Virus record (IMG/VR): IMGVR_UViG_3300021197_000993
Coordinates: 4,811 to 68,810 of that record
Direction: 5' to 3' (one strand)
Source of the DNA: a virus
Length of the DNA: 64,000 nt
Shown piece by piece: positions 9,501-21,500 of the stretch (positions within the stretch are counted from its first letter, which is position 1; each line of letters opens with the position of its first letter). Below the pieces are notes generated by a model. The model made no database searches. It was given only the letters and a program-made list of their open reading frames with translations, and was not told the DNA's origin. Made by a program: the position numbers and the translations under genes.

Positions 9501-12500
9501 AGGTTGATGAAAACACAGTAGAAGATGCAAGCGCGACACTCCACCACGGAACAGTCACGGTGTGTCCGGGTGTTGAACGATGAAACATGTTCGGGTGATA
9601 CGGCAGACTGCGACGCGTAAATGCACCCGAAGAAGTCGCGTTGACACCGAATGGGTTGCTTAAACCAAGCGTAGGTATATTGGTAAACTGCTCGCGCGTT
9701 GACGGGTCAATATCCAAAATGACTTCGTTAAGATAGATTTCACAACCGCGCACATCAGCCATTGTTGCTTCGGAAAGAATAAGGTCGCGACTTTTCATTC
9801 CGACAACAGTAGCAAACAGTTGGTCAGTGAGTGTGCGCACTGTTGCGTTTGTTGCGCCGGGTTCTTTTGGTGCATCAGTTGATGCGAAGACTGTATTTTC
9901 GTTGTTCCCCATCAACTGCTTGCTGAACAGATTTGGCTGAATAACAATTTGATACGCGCCTACTTCTGCTGGGTCGGGGAAGTGAAATTGTGTGTTGTAG
10001 TTTGCTCCGTTTGCTGAACCAACTTCAAGTTGTATTCTGTGTCCACCTGCGGCATTACATGCCGCGGTATCATCAGCAATACCGTATCCATCAAAGCGCA
10101 GTTTTGTTTCAGTCAACAGTGTGAATCCATCACCGTGAATGTCGCTTGGAGGATTGGGTGCTGTGGTTCCGGAGAACCAAAGAAGAGGGTTGGCGATGGT
10201 CTTGGATGTGTCGTAATCAGTTGCACCAAAACATGCGCGGTTTGCTTGATAGATTCGTTGGTAAAGCGGGTGAGCAAGGTGTCCGGGGAGCATAGCCATT
10301 GTTGGCATGACATAATGATGCCCCATACGAGGCAACGGCATTGGGGTAAGTTTGTTTGCCGCGCGGACTAAAGTTGCTGGACTTGTTCCAGCGGAAAGAG
10401 TTGACCAGTTCGTGTGAGGTTTGTCCGGACTGTTGCCACTCACTTCTGCATGGTCGCGCAAACGGCGTGCCGCAAACTGTCGTGTTGAACCTGCGGGTAT
10501 GTAGAATGACGGCTTGATGCTATCATCTTCGGAAGCGGTGAAATCGGGCGCAAACGCAACACCGGTGAACTGTGTTCCACCGTCGGGCGCATCTGTGAAT
10601 GATGCAATTGTGCCGTTGATTGACAAAAAGTAGCGTCCATCGGGTGTAGGGTCTTGTTTCCAAATGTCAGCAACAATAGCCTCTTTGGTCGTGATTGTGT
10701 TTGTTCCAACAGACGCAACCGTAAGACGGTTGAGTGTCATGGTGTTGTTGACAATGCGCAACGGCTCACGCTCCGTGTAGGTGTAGCCCATCTTGGTGAT
10801 GTGAAAATACAACGCGCGGTCGTGAGGTTCGTATGATGTTTCAAGAATGTTTTCCGATTGCAATGCTTTGTTGCTGTCGGGGAAACTGTTGGGGTTTTGA
10901 TTGATGTGTTCATACCCGTCTTGTTCCCAAAACGGTTCTGTGCGAGGGTGGCCGTCGCTTTGTCCATTGAAAGCATCAATCGTCTGTTTTGTTGGCTGGT
11001 TTGGATGTTGAAGTCCTCCGCTACCTATTGTTTCATGCTGGTATGCTTGAAGACGGTCAAACCCTGCACGAACGAGTATGTTGCCCGGTATCTCATCATG
11101 GTCGGGGAGTTGTATTTTCATGTTCGGTGCAACACCGGAACCTGCTAAAGCAGGAGCAAGACCTTCATTTTCTCGGTCATGGACTATTTTGTAGTCGCGT
11201 ATAACAACCCCAAGAGGTGAACCTCCTGTCAGTATGTGTTCTTGACCTGTATCATCAACAACAACCATGTCTTTGAATTGCATCTCTTCGTTTGGTATGT
11301 TAAGCGCGTTTTGAACTTCGTAAGGATATTGTTCAGCAAGAGCGGGATGAGCCAACTCTTGTGCTTGGATAACAGGATACATTGCCGCGTTGGTAGTCTC
11401 AAACGAAAACCGCACATTACCGTAGATAGTTTCACCAAATCGGATATATTCCGAACCAACCTTGTGAACTTGCCAAGGCATAGAACCAAGACCGCGTGCG
11501 TTTTGAGCAGGGAGTGTGAGGTTGCCACCACCCATACGCTTCCATACCACATGTTCTGCAAAGAAATTGCGACCCGCGTATCGTGTTTTAAAGTAGGAAT
11601 AGATTGTATCCCTGTGTGTTCCGTAGGTATCATAGCCAACATTTTCAGTCTTCGCCACTTCCGAATCAAAAATGTTATCGTTTGGATAATGCGCGTTGTT
11701 TGGATTTTCGGTTTTGTCAAAGAATAAATCACCTGTTGGGTAGAGACAAGTTTCACTTTGCGCAAGTGAAGTTGAAGCCGCATGTGTCCAAAGACGACTA
11801 TTTGCATTGTCGTTTGTTGGTGTTGTCATTGTTGTGTCATGCATAGCCTCAACATGTGGCCCTGCATTTGATTCAGCGTTGTAGCGGTCGTTGTTGAAAC
11901 GCTCATTATGATACGCTGTAATAGTCCCACCTTGTGTTCCTCCCCACTTGAGTTGAAGCATGTCTCCACAGGTCTGTTGTCCGTTGCGCGCGGCTTTAGC
12001 AATGATTGGTAAATCACCTTCGTAAGACACGACAACAAAATGTCGTTGATGCAACGATGTGGCGTTATGTGTATTGGTTTTTGGTTCCCACACATGCTCT
12101 CCGTTGTCTGTTGTTTCCGCCCCGGACCCCGACACAAGACGCAAAACCCATTCTAATGATTGTGGGTTATGACAAGCAGTAGCCGCACCGTAAGGTGTGA
12201 AGCCCATCATAGGATGCCATGCGCCAAGACCTGCGGCAACCTTGTCGCTGATGTTAAGACTGTTGAAGTATGAATATCGTTCACCATGCCAACCCACTGC
12301 ACCAACTGCGCGTGTTCGGTCTATGGCATCAGTTGCACCATTAAAGTGAACCTGTGTTGACGCGTAGTGGTCAAATGGACCGTTTGACATTTGACCCGAT
12401 GATGTTGTTCCTGTTGAGCGTGTTCCGTCAACTGCGTTTTGAAACCCGTTGTCCCAGCGCAAGTTGCCAGCCTTTGACCAAACAAACACTTTGTGCCCCT

Positions 12501-15500
12501 CTCCCTCAACGGATGAAACATCACCTGTTCCGCCAATCGCAGGTTCTTCTAAACGCTTAAATCCGCTACGCATATTTCCTCCAAGAATAAATGTTCCTTG
12601 TGCAACATCGTAGTGAGAGTAGTAGCCGTAGTAGGATTTTGTGCCGTTGCTGACGCGTATCCAACCATTTTCCGGCAGTGTCATCGGTAGAGCAGTTCCT
12701 ACGGAAACAAGACCGTGTGGTTCATTTGTGTAGGCCCCAAGACTACCAACATCAATCCAACCGTAGCGGTCTTGTCGTTGCGCATCTTGGAATGATGGGA
12801 GGAAAGAACCACCAAGAGCCTTGAGGTTTGACCGACCGGGCCATGTATTGATTGCCGCGGCAACAACTGCACCCAACTCTTCGCTGTTTTGACAACGCGT
12901 TGCGTCAATCAAAAACACATCATCGGGGACTACCGCATCTAAATTGTCGTCGTAGTCAGTCAAGACTTGCGAACCAACTCGGAACATTGTCGCGTTAAGT
13001 CCGAGTCGGTCAATGTATTGAACGGTCGCGTTTACCGAATTGACCAGTGTTGCTGTGATTGGATGAGGCGCGTTCTTTCGCACGCTGTTATCAAACCAAG
13101 ACCCACCAGCGGTGTAGCCTCCGTCAAGGTGGAATATCAGTTTATCAAGAGCAAATGATTTGACTCGCGCTGATGAAAAACGAACAGCCGCGGCGTAGAA
13201 AGAGAATGGATGACCGTATTCATTTGCCGCGCTTTGTGCGGCTGATGATGCACCGAAGAAATGACTGCTGACATAGCGTGCTTCTGTTGAAATAGATTGA
13301 TTAAACGCGCTGTTTGGTGAACCATACGACGGCTCCCAATGTCGGAAAGTTGTGTAAGGGAATACATTGTTTGCGCTATATGCGTCTGCTGGTGGTAAGA
13401 ATTGATTTGCCGCGCCGTTGAGCGTTCCGTTGCTTAACTCATTCGGCAGGAAATAACCCGATTCGTTGCCTTGATTAAAAGTAGTCGCCATTGCTCCATC
13501 AAGCGAACAGTATTTTTTGAACGCGGCAGTCCATTTTGCAGACGGCTCTTTGGCTACATCTATTGCAACACCTTCACCATACCAATGCTTAGGAACCGCT
13601 TGACCGGGACCAAATATCATGTAGGCTACGCTGTTGGTTGAGTCTGTGTAGCGCGCATAAGGGTGAGCAAAACGAAGCACAACTGGCGTAGGTTGCGCGA
13701 TATTGACATTGGTGTAAGTTGTAGTAGGTATCGTATGCGTGTTGGTGTTGCCGTCAATGTCGGGATTGAGAACAGCGTCTTGATTAGCAAACGGTGGTGT
13801 TGCTTCACCGCGATGCTGGTTGGTAATTATAGCGGCAGGGAACATAGCAAATAACGCAGTAGTGTCAAGAAGCGCATAGGCTCCCATTTTTTCTCCGATG
13901 TCTTGCAGTCCAGCACTTCCTGTTGGTCCGCTGGCGTATGGGTGTTTGTTATGCGCGCTGTAATCTACACGCGAACTATCATTGATGTCCATAACGACAC
14001 CGCTGAATCCACCACCAAAATACAACGGCACATGATGGTCAATGCTGTCTTGTGCGCCACGGAAATACAACAATGGTTTACCTCTACGATTAGCGCGAAG
14101 TCGCAAACCTTGAATGTCATTAACAAACTTGAATCGTTGAAGAATTGCGTTGACAATTACTTTGTCTTTGAAATCACCTTTGCTGTCGTCGTGATGCCAA
14201 GCGAGTAGGTCTTGCGCAACATCAGTTGGCGCGTCAATTGAACTCAATGCGGCGCAATAAATGTAAGTGTCTTCATCAATATCCATGCGTTTGAAAGGAG
14301 TCCAAGACCCGTCAATTGTGGTGCTACCACCAAACTCGGTTGAAGTGTCATAATTCAAGTTGCTACCGCCGGTGTCAACATGTTGCAATTGCCACGCGTA
14401 TTGACGACCAAGAACAGTAAATAAAGCAGGGTCGCGCATTTGGATTTGGTAAGTGTCGTAAGCAGTCCCACCGGGGAATGCTAATCCAGCGGTTTGCGGG
14501 TCAAGTTCGTAAGTCGCGGCTTCAAGCGAGGGTGTAATATGGTCCCCTTCATAGCGTGTAAACTTATCACCGCGCAAATGTTTTTGCCAATTATCAATAG
14601 GAATAGCATTGTTGGTTTGGTCAACAAGAACAGGCGTTGCTGTGTTTGCATTACTCCCTTTGTATCTTGTAGTAATTGTAAGCAAGGTGTGAGGGAGATA
14701 GCCGACTTCTTCCATTGTTGAACCTACTTTATCCCCAAGACCACCAAATTGTCCCCCCGACGAAAATGAAGCGTTAATGGTAGCATGTTCAACGATACTG
14801 GATTGCAGTCCCCAATCGGGTGATAGCGAAACGGAGAACATTTTGTTCAACGGTATCACTTCTTTGTCTTGATTAAACTTGGTTATTTCAATTGCAGTTT
14901 GTGCATTGTCGCCCATAATTTCTCCATAGGTGCGACCATCCGGTGCGCGCAGATGTGAACAGTCAAAGTATTGGTTGCCTTCGTTGGGGTCAACAGTAAA
15001 AGCGTAAGCGGTCGCCGCGGCAATCAATTCGTCGGTCACGATGGTTGTTTGGTTGAGATGAGGACTGATAATAACAGGCGCGCGTGAGGATGATACGCTG
15101 GTTGGTCCAGCCTTATCTTGAGAGTCAAACCAAGTTGCCGCCATTGAGTTTGCACCAAAGCCTTCAACACCAAAAAAGGTATGAGGTCCACCGCGACCGT
15201 TTTGTGTGCGCGAAGTGTAGGAAAACACCACACCAACATTGTTGTATTGACTTCTTGATGATGGTATAGCCAACCACACCAGTCCACTATTGGGAAAGCC
15301 CATCCATCCTAACACATCGTCAACATCCGGCAGTTGATGCCAAATACCGCCATTGTGGTATCCGTAGCCACTCGCATCATGAATACCAAGAGTGTTGTTA
15401 GCCATTGCAGTATCCATCGTGACCGCATATCCAGCGTTCGGGGTGTGAACGCCGCGCCATTTATTGCCGCGCCAATTGTGGTCTGTTGTTCCTGTGTAGA

Positions 15501-18500
15501 AAAACGGCGTTCCGTCGGAACCTTTGCCCCACATGTTTGCACCAATTGTAAAACCACCCTGCGCAATATCACGGTCGTTAAAATAAACAAGCGTTTCTTC
15601 GTCAATTGTGTTTGGCATAACCGAGTTTTTGTGTGAGAAAGAATCTCCCGCGCGACGATAAATGTATCGTAGAATATGTGATTTACCGCGATGGTCAACC
15701 ATTTTTAATCCATAAAGCGATTGCGTGCCAACTGACGCGTCGTTGACTTGTAATGACGGCACATACGAATTATAAACGCTGTAATAAGTGTCATCTGCTT
15801 CAAGGTAGTTTCCATAAATTGACGACACAAACCGACCAGTGTCTTTACCGTCTTCGCCAAAACCCCAATCACCAGCATCCGGTGCAAACCCCGGAACACC
15901 TGCGGCAACTATACCACCAAAGTTGATTCTTGCTCGCGCATTACTACCTGTCTGCAATCCTTCACGGATGGTAAACTTTTGACCACTGTTTTCAAATGAT
16001 TCCATAGCACCTGTATTTGAAGCGCGACCAGTTGATGTTCCGCTGTTTGGTGTTTCTTGTGTAGATGTGTTGAAATTGCTGTTAAAACCAAGATGTAAGT
16101 TGGTGAAAAACTCATCCGAGTCCTCATCCAACGCTACATATTCGCGCAAAGTTGTAATTGGTGCAAACGGTTTACCGTTTTTGTCAATCGGCATAGGTGC
16201 AGGGTGCATATTTTCACCTGCTATTTCGGGTGGTGCGCAGTAGAAATTGCGGAAACGGCCACCGTGTCCAATAAGGAATTGTGGCTTGTATTCAGCCTGT
16301 CCTTTGCTGTTGTCAAGCCACGCACAAAAGTTGCGGCTGGTCGCGCCGGGAACGGTGCTGTGAATAACGATGCTGTATCCTTCGTTGCCGTTTGCATCCT
16401 CAACGACACGCCCTAAATGAGCGCGTAAATATCCCATGTGAGAACCGCGGTCAAATGATGTAAAGGCTGTTTGCGCGTTCCAAAATGGCGCGGGGTCATG
16501 CGTGCTACCTGTGGTTGCAAAGTCTGCATGATGATGTGCGGCTGTTGCATCAGTTGGTTCTTCGGTATCAATACCGCCAACAGAAACAGCGCGACGATTG
16601 ATGTCAAAGCGTTCTCCCTCACCTGCGTATTGGTCGGATGGTCGTCGTTGACTGCTTTGTCCATTAAGCGCACCCCCTTGATTGATGAGACGAACAACTT
16701 CGCGAGCCGCCGCTTCAATGTCTGTCACACCTTCGCGCAACCCAATTTCACCCATGTCAATGCTAAGACGACGAACAAAATCCATGTCTGTCCAGTGAGG
16801 CAGTTTGGACAAGTGACTATCACCCACATCCACTATATTGTGAGCAACAGCACGCTTGCCCTTCAAACAAAGAAACGCTGAAATAACACGCGTCCCTTCG
16901 GGCGTATCAAAGAATGTTGATGAAAATTGATAGTGTCCTGTCGTGTTATCAATAATGGCTTCGGATGTGTCGTGGTCAATTGTTTCAGCGTGTTGCGTTT
17001 GTGCGCTATCAACATCAACCGTTGATTGCTGGACCCGTCCTTGTCCGAACTGTGTTGTTTCAGTTCCAAATTGAATTGTATGTTGTGTTGCGCGTCCTTT
17101 TCGGTTGAAACGATTCAGTGCTACATTGTTTGTCAGCATGAACGACTCATCCATCAACCACCATGATTTGTGAGCATACGCGCTTTCAACATATTGTGAT
17201 TTGCCTTCGTCTTTGATAAGGTTGTAAGAAGTGCTGTTAATTGTTTGAGCGTCAGTAGTTGAAGTTGTTGCGTTGTCTTTGCGCTGTGTTTTAAATCCAG
17301 CCGCTACATCAAGTCCTTCAATGGTCGGAGTAGCCGCGCTTGTTTGAACTTGCATGTGAAGGTCATGAAACGAAATAAACTCACGGTCATGCTCTACATC
17401 GTAAAGCAATACTCGCGCGTGTGTTTCTGTGCTAAGGTAGGGGTCAAGGAAAGCGACGACGGGTGCGCTTGTGCCGTGTCCAAGTTCAGTCCAGTTCAAC
17501 TCTATGGTTTTGTTTACATGTTGAACAAAGTTGCGAGCAGATTCAAGACAAGTATCGCCAATAAGGAAGTTTTCAAGAGGAAGACTGTCGCGCGCTTCAA
17601 CTCCCAAAGAGCCTTTCCCACCATCAAATCCACTCCAAACTTCGTATTCGTTAAGAACACCTCGCGATTTACAAAACATTCCTTCAATTGCGTGAGGGTT
17701 GGTGTAGTGCATGTTCATCCAAACCGTGTCGCCGTAGCGCAGTCCACCGGGGCAATATGGATTATTCCATGTCGCGTTTGCGATACCATCTTCAAGTTTG
17801 ATAGGGAATGTTGTTGCGCTTGTTGAATAAATACCAAGAAGCGTAAGAGTATCACCTGCCGCGACATTGGGTGCTGTGTTGTCAAGAAGAGGGTGAGCGT
17901 TGATTGTAAGTTGAGTAGCGTTGGTTGTAGAGTTGTAAGTGATTACATACTTACGACCCGTAGCCTCGTTGACAGCGGCAAATGAATAGTTCGTTGGTAA
18001 ATGTCCTTTAGGTATATCACCTTTGAATGAAAATGTTTGACCGGTGATGAGTATTAACAAGTCCAACTTTGCATTTTTAGATTTAATTCGTGGTAAATGA
18101 GGATTTGCGCTTGGCCCAGCCTTGAACTCAACTGCACTGACATACTGACGCAGACCATAGTCAAGATTGCCGCCTTGAGTCATTACACTCCCGCGGTCGT
18201 AGTAAAATGGTCGTCGGTATTCTTGTGCTGATGATGCGTAATCATCATCACCCGCGAGAGGAAAACTTGTATTGTTTGGTAGAACACCAACAATAATTTG
18301 AGAGCCAACAGTCAGCGAAGCAAAGAAGTCGGGACTTGAGTGAGTATCCAACTCGCTTAGTGTGATGGTTGACCCACCTGCATATTCGTAGTAAGCCCAC
18401 TCTCCGTTTCCAAGCACCAGTTTGCGTGTGCGTCGTGTGCTGACACCTTTGACGGTTCCAGCCGCGTTGAAGTTTGATTTGGGTATTCGGAGAAGACCAT

Positions 18501-21500
18501 CACCAATGTAGAGGATTCTGTTTGTGCCTTGCTGGTCATAGCGACGGACAGTAGCGCGAATAGGCAAATCGTTTGATAGTCGGTATTGGTATTGCCCGAA
18601 TGCTTCGTAATCGTTGGCTGGATAGTTTGGCGCGCGACGACCAACAGGCGAAGGGTTCCAAGCCTGTGCAGTCATCGTTGCATCAAGGTGCAACTTCATG
18701 CTGTTGTCGGGTCCGGGGAAAATACCTGTGTTGCGGTTTTCAAAAAATTGTTGAGGAAAGAGTGGTATTTCAACAAGTGCGCGTGTGCTGGCGTATTGCG
18801 TCCCAAGTTGATAATCGTGTTGAACAGAACCAAGTGATTGAAACAATCGGTCGTTGACGGTTGTCCCATCCGCGCAAATTGAAGAAGTTGCGAACAACGG
18901 GTCAAGCAGAACCAATTGACCCGCGGTAATTCCGCTTTGCGTGACCCAATTAGCAAATGAACCGGTTTCGTTGCCGTTAGGGAGCAAAAACTTACCGGAA
19001 CCCGTATGCACTATTCCGGAAGCAAAAGTAAAAGTGGTTCCTGTCTTGCTTGCGTATTCAGCACTCGCTCCGTTCTCCAAATAGATGCGACCAGTAGCGG
19101 GGAAACAATATGTCCCCCATGTTGCTAATGTAATTCCAGCGTTGTTCAAAGCGGCTACAACCACTGTTTGACTTGAACTTGATTCTATATTTTGAATGAT
19201 TGCGGCGCAATCATGACGCGTGTTCCAACCTACGCGAGACAGTGATGCAGGGTCCCATGTTGGTTTTGTATTGATAGCACCTTGACCAACACCACCAAGC
19301 GTGACCGATACAACAGGTGCGCCCGGTTGAATCTCTTTGACGATGTGTGAATTAGGACTCCCATCACCGCTGTAAGCAACAGTTTGGTCAGCAATGTCTG
19401 CCATTAACCCTTGACCCTCCATGATGAGGTATCGTCCAGCACCACTGTCGTTGACTTGCATAGATGTTATACGCGCGGTTGTTTGAATGTATTCAATCGT
19501 AAAGTAGGTGTTATCATTGAAGTCTACCGTTGCTGGTGTTGTTCGCGTCAATTGCATGGTGCGTTCGCGCTTACTTGGTTGAACAATAAAAATGTAAGAA
19601 TCACCTTCTTTGTCATTATCAATAATGTCAAACATTTCAAACGCACCACCTTTCTGTGAAGCAAACTGTGTGCTTTCTTGGTAATGAGTTGGTGCTTCAC
19701 CAACAGGTGGGTCGCTTGCACTTCGTTGCATAGGTTGAAGATGAAGTTTGTGATAGGCTGATGGGTGGGATGTTGTTCCAATACCTTGAGGGGGTTTTTG
19801 TGATTCATCACCTGCAACACGCGGAGTATAGTTGCTTGGCAAAAACGATTCATCTAAATCAGTTTCATACGAAATGCCACCAGTGTTATCACCAACAAGA
19901 TGATGAGGTTTCATTGCAACTTGCGCACTTCCAATATCTTGAGATGAGGCAGTGATAACCCCACCCGGAGAATGAATTGTCGCGCCAGCACCAACAGCAT
20001 TAGCAATATGCGCGGCTACTCGGTTGCCGTCAAGTAGACAACCACCGTCGGGAACTGTTTTGGTGATGAGCAATGCTGGGTTGCTTAATCCCATTTTACT
20101 ACCTGTAAGGTCAACCGCGTTGTAATGAATCTCAACATAACCAGCGGTCAATCCCGACACTTCAAGAATAGCAACGCGTGATTCTGTTTCGGGTGTAAGG
20201 TGCTTTGTGTATTGAGCATCGGTAGTTGATGACACACCAATGCCTCCACCTTTCAACAAAAACGGCTCAATGCTATCAACTGATATAGCAATGACACCAT
20301 CACGGTGTGCATCAAGTGAAGCAAGACCGTTTCGCACAATACCGTTGGTTGTTGCTGATGTTTTGATGCTCATTATCCGCGCGTTAAAAGCCGTATGTGA
20401 AATCTCAACTTTGCTGTTAATCGGCATTACATTTTTCAGTCCAAGGTAAGAACCCGCGAAGGTCACAAGAACATCATCAGCAATACCGTCAATCGTTCTC
20501 GTAATTTCTTGTTCGTGAATAGGAGGTAGCATTTGTAAGAAAGGATGCCCTTTTCTGTGAGAATACACATGTCTACCTGCGTGTCCTGTTTTGAATCGTT
20601 CTGCAATTGTCCATGACGAAGGAGCAAACGCGTTGGTGTTTACAGCAATACCGCGCGAGTAGATAAAACCATGAAACTCGTTTTGACTTTCATCAATCAC
20701 CATCGCGCCTGTTCGGTCAATGGCTTGGCTACCCGTCCCAAGTCGTTGAAATGGCTTACCGCTTTCGCTGTCAATAAGCAAATCGGAACGAACGAGAACC
20801 AATGATGAATCATTAGCAAAGTTGTTTCCGCTGTTGAATGCAGTTCGTGAGTGTAGCACACCGCGCGAACCTGTGTTGCTTGATACACCAAAGTCAAGGT
20901 GGATGCTTTCAACCGTTATGGTTCCGTTGGTGTTGATTTGTTTAAGACGAACTCGTTCCGGTGGAGTGCCGTTGGGTAGTCCAGTAAGCACATCTGTTGC
21001 GGTAGGGTTGATAATGAGATTAAATGGAGTATGAGCCACGCTGATTACCTGCGCACCTCCGCTGTGCGCGGCGTTTGCAACTTGATAATTACCAAGACTT
21101 TCAAGCGGGTAGTTGGTTGCCAGCGTATCGGATTTACCGCTTACCGTTTCGTAAAGGGTTTGACACGCGGTGCTACCAATTGTGATGGTTGTGTCGCCAG
21201 CAGTGATGTTGCTGGTTGCGTAAAATGTTGTTTCATCAACACTGACTGGCTCTTCAAATCGCCAAAGTCCAATTGTGCTGTTTGAAAGCATGCATGGTTT
21301 TGCGCGTGTTTCAAGTGTAGACACATCGGATTTCCAATGCACTGTCTCAATGTAGCCGCGATACTCACCTCCTTTACCTCCAATGAAAAAGTCTTGGTCA
21401 TTCATATTGCATGAGTATTTTTTGTTCATTTTATGCGATGCCAGTAGTTCACCGTTGACATAAAGTTTGACTTGCTCACCATTGAACTCGCCGGATATAT